A stretch of DNA of 64,000 nucleotides from Malacoraja senta (Eukaryota): the NCBI GenBank assembly GCA_038087875.1, contig CM075977.1, positions 52,824,001 to 52,888,000 of the forward strand, written 5' to 3'. The notes below the pieces were generated by a model that ran no database searches, was not told the origin of the DNA, and was given only the letters and a program-made list of their open reading frames with translations. A program made the translations under genes and the position numbers. This document shows, piece after piece, positions 22,591-34,984 of this stretch. Position 1 is the first letter of the stretch; each line of letters starts with the position of its first letter.

Positions 22591-23524
22591 CAGTGAACAC
22601 AGGCTGGCCGAATATGGGTTAATCTTCATATAGGAACGGCAAACGTACATTGATCAGGCCACCATGAGCCCGGAGGGAGATTCTGTGAAAATCCCAGTGT
22701 GTTTTGTGCTGTTATGAGATAATGCCAAAGGTTGGCAGAATGACCAACTAAATTATTGCAGTCATTCCCTTTTCAGAGTATTCACAATGGAAAGCATCTG
22801 AGTAGAAAGAGATTGCACAAGCAGACAGGGTACAGCTAGCATCAGCAATAAAAAAATGCTTCCTTCAATGTCGACCTGATTTGCAAACAGCATTAATGTT
22901 TCCTCGCATTATGGAGATGCATCTTACCTATCAATGGAAAACAGAAAAACTGCAGGCTGCTAATTAATCTTGTCTGACATCTGATTACCGAGTTGAAGGC
23001 AAGAGGCAGGTGGTTCTATTTTTTCCCCCTGGTGCATGACCATCGGCAAATCTCTCCATTAATGTCAAACTGCATCTGCCTGCCTTGATGTCACAGCCAG
23101 TTGCCAGTCATTAATGCATTAGCGCTTGGTCCATTCAATGCCTGCGCATTGTTATTTTGGCTGAAGGCTCCATCAAAAGAGAGCAAGAGCCATTAGCTTC
23201 ATTCTGGTATTGGAAACCCTTCACTTTGACTCCTCAGTGTTGATGATTGCTGTTTTACAAATGAGCTCCATTTTCTGTTTAGATAGGAAATTCCCGTGTT
23301 CCTATTTTGTTTGATTTTGCAGTGACAATGATCTAAATTTTCTTGCAAACCACTTCCTCGGCCATTGCTCTTCCCAACACCGGAACTGAGGACCATTCAT
23401 TCCTCGAAGTGAAGTTGAAATGATTACTTTTTAGCTTCAGGGGAGTCGTGGATCACAAGAAACAGATGGGAGAGTGGAGCTGAGGATATGATCAAATCAG
23501 CCATGATTTATTGAAAAGCAATAG

Positions 23525-23850
23525 GGGCAGCACTGTGGCGCAGCGGTAGATTTGTCGCCTTACAGCGCCAGAGACCCTGGTACCATCCTGACTATGAGTG
23601 CTGTCTGTACGGAGTTTATACGTTCTCCCCGTGAAAGTGTAGGTTTTCTCCGGGTGCTCCGGTTTCCTCCCACACTCCAAAGGCATACAAGTTTGTAGGT
23701 TAATTGGTTTTGGTAAAAATTGTAAATTGTCCCTAGTGTGCAGGATAGTGCTAGTGTATGGGGGTTGCTGGTCTGAGGGTCTCTGGTCAGCGTGGACTCA
23801 GTGGGCCGAAGGACCTGTTTCCACCCGGTATCTCTAAACTAAAATAAATT
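23525..23850 (+). mobile_element. V-SINE/HE1-like SINE
   Basis: Full-length forward copy. Confidence 0.85.
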
Positions 23851-23971
23851 AAGCAGCACAGGTTGAAGGAGCTGTCATGGCCCACTCATGCTTCTGCATC
23901 TCCTGTCATATATAGAAACAGAAATATCAGTTAGTGAGCACCTGTGGGAAAGGATACAGAGTTAACATTAC

Positions 23972-24815
23972 TAGTCAAGCTGGAAAGGGTGCAAAGAAGA
24001 TTTATGAGGATGTTGCCAGGACTCAATTGCCTGAGCTATAGGGAGAGGTTGAGCAGGCTGGGACGCTATTCCTTGGAGCGCAGGAGGATGAGTGGTGATC
24101 ATATAGAAATGTACAAAATCGTGCGAGGAATAGATTGGGTAAACACACAGTCTCTTGCCCAAAGTAGGAGAATCGAAAACCAGAAGACATAGGTTTAAGG
24201 TGAGGGGGGGAAAGATTTAATAGGAACCTCAGGGGTAACTTCTTTTACACAAAGGGTGGTGAATAAAGGAACAAACTGTCAGAGAAGGTAGTTGAGGCAG
24301 GCACTATCGCAATGTTTAAGAACCATTTAGAAAGGTACATGGATATGACAGGTTCAAAGGGATATGGGGCAAACAAAGGTTTCAAAGGTATTATAAGGTA
24401 CAGTGATATGCGAATTACCATACAGCCATACGAAAAAATGCAACAATCACACAACTACATAAAAGTTAACATAAACATCCATCACAGCAGATTTCCCACA
24501 TTCCTCACTATGATGGAAGGCAAAGAAGTCCAATTTTCTTCCTCTTTATTCTCCCGCGGTCGGGGCAATCGAAGCTCCCACAGCCGGCAGTCGAAGCTCC
24601 CACATCGGGGCGGTCGATGCTCCCGTGTTGGGGTGATCGGAAGTCCCGCATCGGGGCAGTCGTAGCTCCTGCGGCTTCCCAAAGTCGGTCTCTGACTAGA
24701 GACCGCGAGCTCCATGAACAAACACAAGCAGGTAGGACTAGTGTAGATGGGACATGTTGGTCGGTGTGGGCAAGTTGGGCTGATGGGCCTGTTTTCATGC
24801 TCTATAGCTCTATGA
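23972..24815 (+). mobile_element. CR1-type LINE 3' portion, interrupted at about 24378-24715
   Basis: [16 protein letters not shown]...YRERLSRLG...SLERRR motif; tail resumes at 24722 (aagcaggtaggactagtgtagatgg). Confidence 0.8.
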
Positions 24816-25509
24816 CTAGTCAATGCTGCCCTCACCTGTTCCGATATCGAATCAGAGACCTGAAACATTAGGTGTTTCCCTTTTCATAGATACTGCCTGT
24901 GTTTCCAGCATTGTCTGTCATATATTATCATAGAGCCATGCAGCTTGGAAACAGGCCCTTCATCCCAATTTGCCCATGCCGACCAAGTTGCCCCATCTAC
25001 GCTAGTGTCACCTGCTCACGGTTGGTCGATATTCCTCTAAACCTTTCCCTATCTATGTCCATATCCTTTCCTGTCTGTTTAAAAAAAAAGATTTCCAACA
25101 TCTGCAGTTGTTTCCTAAGGTCATAAGTTATAGGAGCAGAATTCGGCCATTCGGCCCATCAAGTCTACTGTACCGTCAGTCATGGCTGATCTATCTTTCC
25201 CTCTCAACCCCATTCTCCTGCCTTCTCCCCATAACCCCTGTCACCCTTTGTTTGATTTTCCATTTCTTCTCTCTTGGCTCTCACCAGATTTATGATTGTG
25301 TCTATCCGTGATTGGGTAAATTGTCCCATCTGCATTCTTGCATTTTTCCAGCAGTTATTACCATTGGAATTTGCGATCTGTAAGAAGGGTCCTGACCCAA
25401 AACGCCTATTTATTCCCTCCGCAGATGCTACCAGACCTGTTGAGATACTCCAGCGCTTTGTGCTTTTCTTGCAATTCTGTTTGTTTATCACAAAGTCTTC
25501 AAACCATGG

Positions 25510-25812
25510 ACGGTACGATGGCGCAGCGGTAGAGTTGCTGCCTTACAGTGCCAGAGACCCTGGTTCGATCTGACTATGGGTGCTGTCTTACGGAGTTTGT
25601 ATGTTCCCCCTGTGCCCACATGGGTTTTCTCCGGTTGCTCCAGTTTTTTCCCACACTCCAAAGTCATACAGTTTTGTAGGTTAATTGCCTACGGTAAAAT
25701 TATAAACTGTCCCCAGAGTGTAGAATGGTGCTTGTGTACGGGGTGATCGCTGGTCGGCGCGAGTTCAGTGGGCTGAAGGGCCTGTTTCCGCCCCCTATCT
25801 CTAATGTCTAAA
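25510..25812 (+). mobile_element. V-SINE/HE1-like SINE
   Basis: Forward copy. Confidence 0.8.
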
Positions 25813-26119
25813 AGTAATTATCTTGTGAATTCTGATGGCATCAGAAGGCTGACTGATAAAGTGTATTTCTCTCCACTGCACCACATAACGTTCTCTTGTG
25901 GCAGCTTTAGTTGATCTCATATCACTTGGAGGAAGCGAGGCTATGCACTGCATCCCGTATTCTAAGGTATTGGAGTGTAGGAATGTTTTGATCATTGTAA
26001 CTGCATTATCAAAATAAATTAGGAACCTTTACTGCAGGCGGAGGTTTGTACAAATCTGCACTTTCTCATGGAAATGGTATTTGATGTTTGGGATATTCAG
26101 AATCTACTATTACTAGTGG

Positions 26120-27340
26120 GATCATAAGTTCATAAGATAGGAGCAGAATTAGGCCATTTGGCCCATCAAATCTACTCCGCCATTCAATCACGGCTGATCT
26201 ATCTTTCCCTCAAACCCATTCTCCTGCCTTCTCCCCATAACCCCTAACACCAGGGGCGGAAATCGCTGTCAAAACATGGGGGGAACACAATTTCTTGGTG
26301 GCCACGCGTGAGCAAAGACACACGCGAGGCTTCGGAGGCTTCGGCCATGGGCCCTGTGGATGGTAACATCGGGAGCTGACCTGGTTGGTGACCGACTCCA
26401 AACTCCAGCAACAGCAGCTTCGTCCGCCCCGAATCGTGGGGCTTGAGTCGGCCCGTTTGCGGGGCCTTTCATCGCCCGGCGCGGCTTAAAATTGGCCAGC
26501 GGGGCTTCATCATCAGGAGCCTCGATCGCCTCGACGCAACAGTTTGATTTTATGCCACGCCGGGTGATGAAAGGCCCCACGAACAGGCCAATTCAGCCCT
26601 TAGAAAGCGTCTTGATACCTGCTTGAATCTTTCAAAATCTACAATGGATCACAATGTGACAAATAACACTTAAACAAATAAAACTGAAGCAAATAAAGGC
26701 AAACAGAAGAACCAACCTTGGAGGGGGGAGAGAGAGGGAGACAGATGGGAAAAACATACTAAATAACGTGAGTGACCGTGAATGAGGGACTTACCTGCAA
26801 GCCAGCCAGGAAACCCGTTCGACCGGAGCCCTTAATGACCTGACCCGTTTAAATCCGATACCCGTTTAAATCTTTCCCATCCACCAATACATCCAATTAG
26901 TTCAAATGGTAATGATACCCGCATCAGACAGCTTTAAGACATTCTTCGTGAATACCTTCAGTAATACTTGAAGGTTAAAACAAAATTGGTGACACATCGT
27001 GTTAATACGATGTTAATGGAGACATTTAACAAGCGCTTAACAGTAACACCCGCACTGTCTCATGGAAAGCGGAGATTTTAATCGTTTTTTTTTCATCGAA
27101 TTTCAAAATCCGGATTATAAAACATGGGGGGGATTGTCCCCCACCTCTCAAAACATGGGAGTGCGTGCCCCCCCCCCAGGATTTCTGCCCATGCCTGACA
27201 CCCGTACTAATCAAGTATCTATTAATTTCCCCCTTAAAACAATCTACTGACTTGGCCTCCACAGCCTTCTGTGGCAATGAATTCCACAGATTCACCACCC
27301 TCTGACTAAAGAGATTCCTCCTTATCTCCTTTCTAAAGGC
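26120..27340 (-). mobile_element. CR1-type 3' end split by a hAT-like insertion
   Basis: 26120-26250 and 27194-27340 rejoin as ...ccataacccctgacacccgtactaatcaag. Confidence 0.8.
26251..27193. mobile_element. hAT-like non-autonomous element
   Basis: CAGGGGCGGAAATC...GATTTCTGCCCATG; 8-bp TSD CCTAACAC/CCTGACAC; subterminal AAAACATGGGGGG motifs. Confidence 0.85.
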
Positions 27341-27478
27341 ATCTGGACTTTCCCACTTATGGAAACATAACCGTAAGCTGTATGCAATGAGATAGAGTCG
27401 CACAGTGTGGAAATAGGCCCTTCGGCCCAGCTTGCTCACATCGACCAATATGTCCTTTCTACACGTCCCACCTGCCTG

Positions 27479-28495
27479 CTAAAACTCTGATCTTGTTATC
27501 TTCCGGTTTGGCGGTTATTCTATTCTTGCAAAAATGGTTTGGGGTAGCGCTACAATTTTTTGCCAGTTCACTCACCGTTCTCTCGCGCTGCAATTGCACC
27601 AAGTTTCGTTCCGATCGGTTGAATGTCGTAAAAGTTAGCGAGGTTTAAAAATCTAAAAAAACGCGCATGCGCAGATCGATATCTTCTCCTGCCAGTCAGC
27701 GCCGCGCGGATTAGTCTCTTCCCCTATCATTCCCCGGGACGGTACGCCCCTTTCTGTGCCATCGCATCTTTACTGGAGCTGACGATGGCCGGCGAAGGTT
27801 TCCAACCGGACTTTCGGAGGGACCCGAAGCAGCCCAGCCCAGCCCAGCCCCACCCCAAGCTGTCCCGCCCCAAGCAGTCCCACCCCAAGCAGCCCAAGCA
27901 TCAGAGACCCTGCCCAGCCCAGCCCAGCGTGGGAGACCCAGCCCAGCCCAGCCCGGAGTCGGAGATGTCGCCAAACAGAAAGTGAACACTCTGATCCCGG
28001 TGGAGGAGAACGACCAGCGACCAGCGCCCGCTGTGAAACCCCATCGCACCGCCAATTCCAGCCACTACCCTTCTGGTCCCCCTCGCTGGCTCCTCTCCCT
28101 CTCCCCCATGGCTCTTCCCTGTCTTTTCTCTGAGCTCACCCCCCCCCCCCGCCCACACACCCCTCTCCCCCCACAACCCCCCCCCTGCCCACACACCCCT
28201 CCCCCCACAAGCCCCCCTGCCCTCACACATACCCACCGCCCCCCGCCCACGTACACCCACCCCCCCACACCCCCCCACACACACCGCCCACACTCCCCGC
28301 CCCCACAACCCCCCCTCCCCCACACACCCACTCCCCCACAAGCGCCCACCCCCCTACACGCGCCCACCCCTCCACACAATCCCCCACACACCCCCCCACA
28401 CACCCCGCTGCCCACACAACCCGCTCCCCACCCCCACAACCTCCCCTCCCCCCACACACCCACTCCCCCACACGCATCCACCCACATACACACCG
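27479..28495 (+). mobile_element. Unclassified element (possibly Helitron-like) with CAGCC and C/A-rich low-complexity arrays
   Basis: Begins ctaaaactctgatc; contains ccaagtttcgttccgatcgg, (CAGCC)n at 27830-27955 and C-tract repeats at 28135-28490; no TIR or TSD seen. Confidence 0.35.
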
Positions 28496-29074
28496 GTAGG
28501 CCGAAGGGACAGTTTCCACTGTGTATCTCTAAAGTCTAAAGACAGAAAGAGGTTCATTTTTAGGTATTCGGGAAATCAAGAGAGGGAAAGTTAACGCAGG
28601 AAAGTGGCGCTGAGGGGGCAAGTTCCACCATGATCTTTCTGAATACTGAAGCAGATATGAGGTCCCACTGGTACTTCAATTTCCCGAATCCTATGTTCTT
28701 CACTTTATCTTACAAACTGTAAATAAACTTGCAAGTGATATTTTAAGGTATGTGCATTTAATTTTTTTTATATGATGGTTGGATGAACTTTTATCCAGCC
28801 TTAGAAAAGTGTACCAGGAGATTAATGAAAGAAAGGAAACATTGTTCATTTTGTTTTCAACAATGCCTCTTTATAACTTATCATTGGGCTAAAATGCACA
28901 ACTTGAGATCAATTACATTAAAAATGAGAAAAATATAAAGTCATTTGATGCAGTATTACAATATTGACACATGCTAGAATTATCCCTACTATGATACTTA
29001 AATTATTTTGCATTGATTAATTGAAAGATACAGACTACTTTTGTCCTGTTTCCCTCTAAATGTTTTGTTTAATT

Positions 29075-29698
29075 TAGGGTTTAGTTTAGAGATACAGTGT
29101 AGAAATAGTCAATTTGGCCCACCGAGTTCATGCCGACTTTTGATCACATGTTCACAGTAGTTCTATGTTATCCCACCTTCTCATCGATTCACCGACACAC
29201 CAGGGACAATTTACCAAGACCAATTAACCTACAAACCCACACATCTGTGGGATGTGGGGGGAAATCCATGCGGTCACAGGGAGAACATTAAGGGCGGCAC
29301 AGTGGCGCAGCGGTTGAGTTGCTGCCTTACAGCTCCAAAGACCCAGGATCCTTCCTGACTACGGGTGCTGTCTGTACAGAGTTTGTACATTCTTCCTCTG
29401 ATTGCATGAGTTTTCTCCGGGTGCTCTGGTTTCCTCCCACATCCCAAAGATGTGCAGGCTTGTAGACTAATTGGCTTCTGTAAATTGTTCCTAGTGTGTA
29501 GGATGGAATTAGTGTATGGGTGATTGTTTGTTGGCATGGACTCAGCAGGCTGAAGGGCCTATGTCCACAATTTATCTCTAAACTAAACTAAAATTAAAAG
29601 TGCAAACTCCACACAATTAGCTTCCAAGGTCAGGATTGAACCTGGGTCTCCAGCGCTGTGAGGCAGCAGCTCTACCAGCTGCACATCTGTGCCGCCCT
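29075..29698. mobile_element. Minus-strand SINE with a full plus-strand SINE (29292-29597) nested inside
   Basis: Outer SINE breaks at gggagaaca and resumes tgcaaactccacac at 29601. Confidence 0.85.
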
Positions 29699-30886
29699 CG
29701 GCGCCCTGGCAGTGACTTAGCAATGATATCCCCAGTGGTTGAGCAACCAGATCACTTTAATTTGACATATGTATAGAAAATTAACCTAAAGGTGTGCATA
29801 AATTTATGGACAAAGTCACATTGTAACTTGAAGTGATATTTTGACATTGGATACTTTAGCTGAGTGTAAATCACCCTCTCCATGTTTTTGAGAATAGGTT
29901 TAAAATCCTATTTATCAGAACAATGCGTGCAGCTCTCACACAGCCAGGTATTTCTGTTAAGCGCTCAAACCCTAATATATTAGGAAAATCTCTGGTCTTT
30001 CAAAGCGGGGGAGGGTGTTTTCTCATATAAACGATTAAATACAATATTTATATTACCAAAAATTCATTTGAGCAGAATGGTATTTGTGAGGAAGTGGAAC
30101 TAAAAGGGAATATATGAAGCGATCTCCACAGCGAACTCGTGTTTCTATTTCGAAGATGCATAAAATCCAGCAGTAAACGCATTTAATCCTTGGCTATAAG
30201 TTTTTTTAGTGTGTACGAGATTGGGTATTAGAGATCACCAAAGCAAATAATGAAGGCATATGTTTGCTTATAATTATTCACCACCTTGGGAGCTGGATTA
30301 AATGGGAACAGTTTGGATGTTGTCAAGTTCCTAACAGTTGCATTCATGCCTGAATTTATCTCTAGGCTCTTAGAGGATTACTTAGCAGTTCGAATGGGCA
30401 GGACTTTGCAGCTAATAGAACTGGGGCATTGCAGTTAAACTATTGGCTGGTTTGCACCGTCTTAAGTCACTTGAGGAGATAAAACATCAAACAGCTAAAT
30501 CCTTCCAGCCCATATTGCTGCCAAGGGACTTGCATAAAAATTGGGAAATAAATAATTCAGAGCTGTAAGGATGTGACAAGTATCTGACAGTGTCGTCCAC
30601 AAAGGAATAAATAATAAAACCTATTGGCCTTTGGGGAGGAGGGAGTTCACTGCAAGCACAGAATCAGATCCTCTCTAGGGATTACACTAAAACCCTAACA
30701 ACTTATTTTACATGTGAGCTACAGGGGCATGCAAAGAAAAGTGTTCAATTTGCTGGGTATTGACTTTGATCATATTAAAATGCTACCTTCAACTTTTGAT
30801 TTCATTTTTTTGTTATTCCCCCCCCCCCAACACAGTGACATGTCCGTCAGGGAATGTTACCGACTGGCCCACTCCAGACTGCAGGA

Positions 30887-32527
30887 CAGGCACGTGCCGT
30901 GAGTAATTACTCAGGGTAGGCAGTCAGTCGGCTTAAAAAAAATCTTAAACTGCGCATGCGCAGATTGTTCTCCTCTCCGTAAGCTGTCAGTCAACTTTTA
31001 TAAAGTCTTCAAAAGCCATATCTCTTAATAAAGTACCATATTTCCCGGCAATGAAGACACACCTGCGTCGAAGAGGCACCCCCATTTTGAGTTGTTAAAT
31101 TTTGAAAGAAGGCTGGCGGGACATAGAATTTCTCATGCTCAAAAAAATAAAAAATAAAAATAAAGAAAGTAACAATTCAATTTGCCCAAAGCTTCCAAAT
31201 CTCCTTCATTCTGAATTACTGAATGGGTGGGAGGTGGAGGGTGACGGCAGATGGAGAGATGGTGGGAAAAACGGGAGCACACCGGGACAAGTTGAATCAG
31301 TTGGGATCTTATTGAATGACAATACTAGTTAAAGGGACCAATTGGGGGGAGAGTTCCTTTCACAGCGTGTGGGAGTCTGGCCAGGGGTAAAGTTGCGGGA
31401 AGGGCAGGGGCGTTGAGAAGGAGGGGGTCGGGGGTCATGCCAGTAACCCACTCACTCACCGCTGCCACGGCACTCCGGGCACAGAGCCATCGCATTGTGG
31501 CCGGGGAGGGAAGTAGCTCGGGTGGCTGCGAGCTGCTGTCGGGCCCTCAGCACCTTCTGCCGGCCCGCTCACCTCTGGTAGTGCTCTCCGTCTGAACAGT
31601 GAGGGAACCAGCTCAAGAGCAAAGATCATAGAGCGGAGCGGGTCAGCGGGCGATGGATAACAGGACAGCGGGCAGTGGAGGTTACTCCTGTGTCAGCATG
31701 AACAAGGGACCAATTGAGGTTACTCGCACTGACATATGGAGTAAGCTCCACCGCCCGCAGTCCTGTTATCCATCGCCCGCTGACGCGCTCTTGAGCTGGT
31801 TGCTGGCATCATCCCCGACCCCCTCCTTCTCAACGCTCCTGCCCTCCCGCAACTTTACCCCTAGCCAGACTCCCCACACGCTGTGAAAGGAACTCTCTCT
31901 CCACCCCCCCCCCCCCCCACGGCGCTGTTCTTTTACAGCCGCTTCCCATCAGCTGCTAGCAATGAGGGATAGACCTGGCTATCCCTCAGTACAGCAACAT
32001 CGTTTTTGATGTTGCTGTACTGAAGGATAGCCAAGTCTATCTTTCTTGGCTAACAACCTAACCTTCGGCCTCCAAGACACAGGTAAATTTTCGTGCCTTA
32101 TGTTTGGGTGCAAAATAGCATCTTCATTGCCGGGAAATACGGTATTTAAAAACATATAGCTCAAAGACATTTACTTACCACATCATTTGTACAACAACTT
32201 CATTCTTCTCTCTTTGTTTCTTAAGATACTCTTAAGATAATGACAATCCATGTTTGAAAAACCCACCAAGAAACCTGCGCTGCGCATGCGCAGTACGCAG
32301 TCCACGGTGCAAAGGCAGAATTTCAGCTGCCTTCAGCTTCCCTTGTTGTGAAGGTTTGAAGCTGCGTCGACGGCACGTGAACTGCACAGACTTTTGCCTA
32401 TTACATGTACGGCGCATAAACGGCACGGAGAATTATGCCTACCGAATTCTCCCGTGCCGTGACTATTTATATTTAATAATTATCATTTTATAATTTTAGT
32501 CATAGTAGGCAGTGCCTTCCTTGCCTG
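30887..32527. mobile_element. hAT-like element
   Basis: CAGGCA...TGCCTG termini; exact 8-bp TSD CTGCAGGA (30879-30886, 32528-32535). Confidence 0.75.
31036..32142. mobile_element. pogo/Tigger-like element nested in the hAT-like element
   Basis: TA|CCATATTTCCCGGCAATGAAGA...TCTTCATTGCCGGGAAATACGG|TA. Confidence 0.8.
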
Positions 32528-33169
32528 CTGCAGGAGTACGTGCTGAGGGATGCACTGAAGCTCGGTGCAGCCAACGCCAAGGCTCTGTGGGGGGGGGGGG
32601 AGACCATCATGTAGGATTCTTCTGCTGTTGGACATCGAGGGGCAGAGCCCAGTGAGGACACCCCTCAAACACGAGAAGGAATATCACCCTAGGAGGCCAC
32701 ATTTTGTGTAAATCAGCATCTGCAGTTCCTTCTTTCTACATGGGTAGCGAGAATGTTTTGTTGAAAGATAAGTGAGAATGCTACTGTGGAAGACACTATT
32801 CAATGGATAGATGCTGAGAGTGTTTGCATATTGATTGTTTTGTATATATTTTTAATTCTGAATAAAGTTTACTTTTGGAAGAAAAATGATTAATTAGGAG
32901 CGGGCTGAGGACAAGACTCCTTTAAACCCTCAAACCCCTACCAACCTCCACACCCAACATATTTCCTTCCTCTAACTCTTCTGTAATATCCCGTTCCAGA
33001 CATTGTCTTGGCCACGGTAAAGTGGTAAATACTCTGAGGGTTTTGCATACTCATCCCCAGGCCTATCACTCTACCCACTGAGTTGACACCCCTAGATCTC
33101 TTCACTAACCTCAGCTTTATACTGCAAGACATGGTGTTTGGACTGATTGGGATTGTTTGCATCAACATG

Positions 33170-33612
33170 CGTCATCTTGTATGATGAACGTTTGACGGCT
33201 CTGGGCCTGTACTCACTGAAGTTCAGAAGGATGTGCGGGGACCTCATTGAAATTTACTGAACCGTGAAAGGCCTGGATAGAGTGGATGTGGAGAGGATGT
33301 TTCCACCAGTGGGAGAGTCTAGCACCAGAGGGCACAGCATCCGAATAAAAGGACATACCTTTAGAATGGAGATGAGGAGGACTTTCTTTAGTCAGAGGGT
33401 GGTGAATCTGTAGAATGCATTACCACAGGTGGCAGTGGAGGCCAAGTTATTGGGTATTTTTAAGGCGGAGATTAACAGGTTCTTGATTAGTAAATGGGTC
33501 AGGGGTTATGGGGAGAAGCAGAAGAATGGGGTTGAGAGGGAAAGATAGAACAGCCATGATTGAATAGTAGAGTAGACTCAATGGGCTGAATGGCCTAATT
33601 CTGCTCCTATGA
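33170..33612 (+). mobile_element. CR1-type LINE 3' end
   Basis: Forward copy of the family at 21000-21422. Confidence 0.85.
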
Positions 33613-34194
33613 CTGATGCATTTCAAGTAATATCCACCTTCTTTTTCCCGTGCCTCTGTCCTGGTACACACATTTCTCCCACCATCTCAGTCACCTGAGA
33701 CCCCATCTCCATCTCATTATTTCATTTCATTTTGAACTATTCTCAACTCTAATGGATTCATCCACCTCATACATTACCCGATTCTCTCTCCACAGGCGCT
33801 GCCTGACCTACTGCATAGTTCCATAATATTCCGTTTTCAATTTCATTAAACATTTTCCTGCATTGCCTCTCAAAACATCAAACCCTGACATAAGACCATA
33901 TGGGGCAGAATTACACCTTTCAGCCCATCGAGTCTGCTCCACCATACGATCATGGCTGATCTATTTCTCAACCCCATTCTCCCACCTTGTCCTGTGACCT
34001 TTGACACCCTTACTAATCAAGAATCTCTGCTGTAAATATATCAAATGACTTGAGCTCCACAACCGTCTGTGGCAATAAATTCCACAGATTCACCACCCTC
34101 TCCTATTCCTCCATTTCTCCATTCTAATTCTGAGGACTACTGGAAACATCCTCTCCACATCCAGGCTGTCTATCGTTTTCATTATTTGGTCCTA

Positions 34195-34290
34195 GGTACA
34201 CAAAATTGCTGGAGAAACTCAGCAGGTGCAGCAGCATCTATGGAGCGAAGGAAATAGGCAACGTTTCGGGCCGAAACCCTTCTTCAGTCC
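34195..34290 (-). mobile_element. pLTR subfamily 2 element with hammerhead motif
   Basis: Minus strand CTGAAGAAGGGTTTCGGCCCGAAACGTTGCC; nearly identical to 10798-10891. Confidence 0.75.
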
Positions 34291-34717
34291 TGCACATTGA
34301 CCCATACTAAGACTGTCCAGTCCTGCACATTGACCCATACTGCTCCTTCCTCCTACTGCCAACCGAAAAAGACTTGCTGCTCTCGAAGTTTTCCACTATG
34401 TTTTTCTCAATCAGACTGCAAGCTTTCTTGCCTGGTTCTTAGACTACTCAAAACACAACCAGAATACACTTCGCTCCCAAAACATGTGGCTGCCTTTATT
34501 TAACACAGTGATGGCCTCTGGGTCCCTGCTGACATGTACACCCAGTGATCAGTAGCATCAGGCTGGCAGCATATGGGCAATCATTGAAAACAGCAGGCAG
34601 GATGCTACCTACTAATTGGGTGGGACCATTAAAATAGACTCCATGCAGTTTAATGAAAATGAGGACATATGCTTTTGAGGACGAGATGGCCTTTAGGCTG
34701 ACGAAGCAGTGACAAAG

Positions 34718-34845
34718 CAAGGAACTGCAGATGCTGGTTTAAACCGAAGATAGGCACAAAATGCTGGAATAACTTAGCGGGACAGGCAGGATCTCTGGAT
34801 AGAAGGAATGGGTGACGTTTCAGGTCGAGACCCTTCCTCAGACTG
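34718..34845 (-). mobile_element. Penelope pLTR-derived short element
   Basis: Consensus arm ending gacgtttcaggtcgagacccttcctcagactg. Confidence 0.8.
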
Positions 34846-34984
34846 GGGTATGTTTAAGGTTGCCACTGGACCTCGGGAGGTTTACAGCCTCAAACACTTG
34901 ATTTGGTTTCAGGGCAAGCCCATGTGAAAACAGTGAAGTTTGTGTGGGATTTGTGTGAATTAGCCAATTGAATCTGTACTCTTA

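Larger units (their letters stand above)
30828..32886 (+). mobile_element. Tx1-type LINE 3' end, split by a hAT-like insertion
   Basis: MSVRECYRLAHSRLQ (30840-30886) continues as EYVLRDALKLGAANAKALWG (from 32534); 3' UTR ends aataaagtttacttttggaagaaaaa. Confidence 0.75.

Noticed and set aside
23525-23600. tRNA-like A/B boxes at SINE heads as tRNA genes
   Set aside because: They continue into the SINE core and LINE-like tail; no complete cloverleaf.
27711-28557. Pro-rich and Gly-rich ORFs of up to 185 aa
   Set aside because: Artefacts of C-rich low-complexity repeats that lack stop codons in several frames.
34285-34341. 24-bp direct repeat cagtcctgcacattgacccatact
   Set aside because: Simple local duplication at a pLTR junction; no sign of function.
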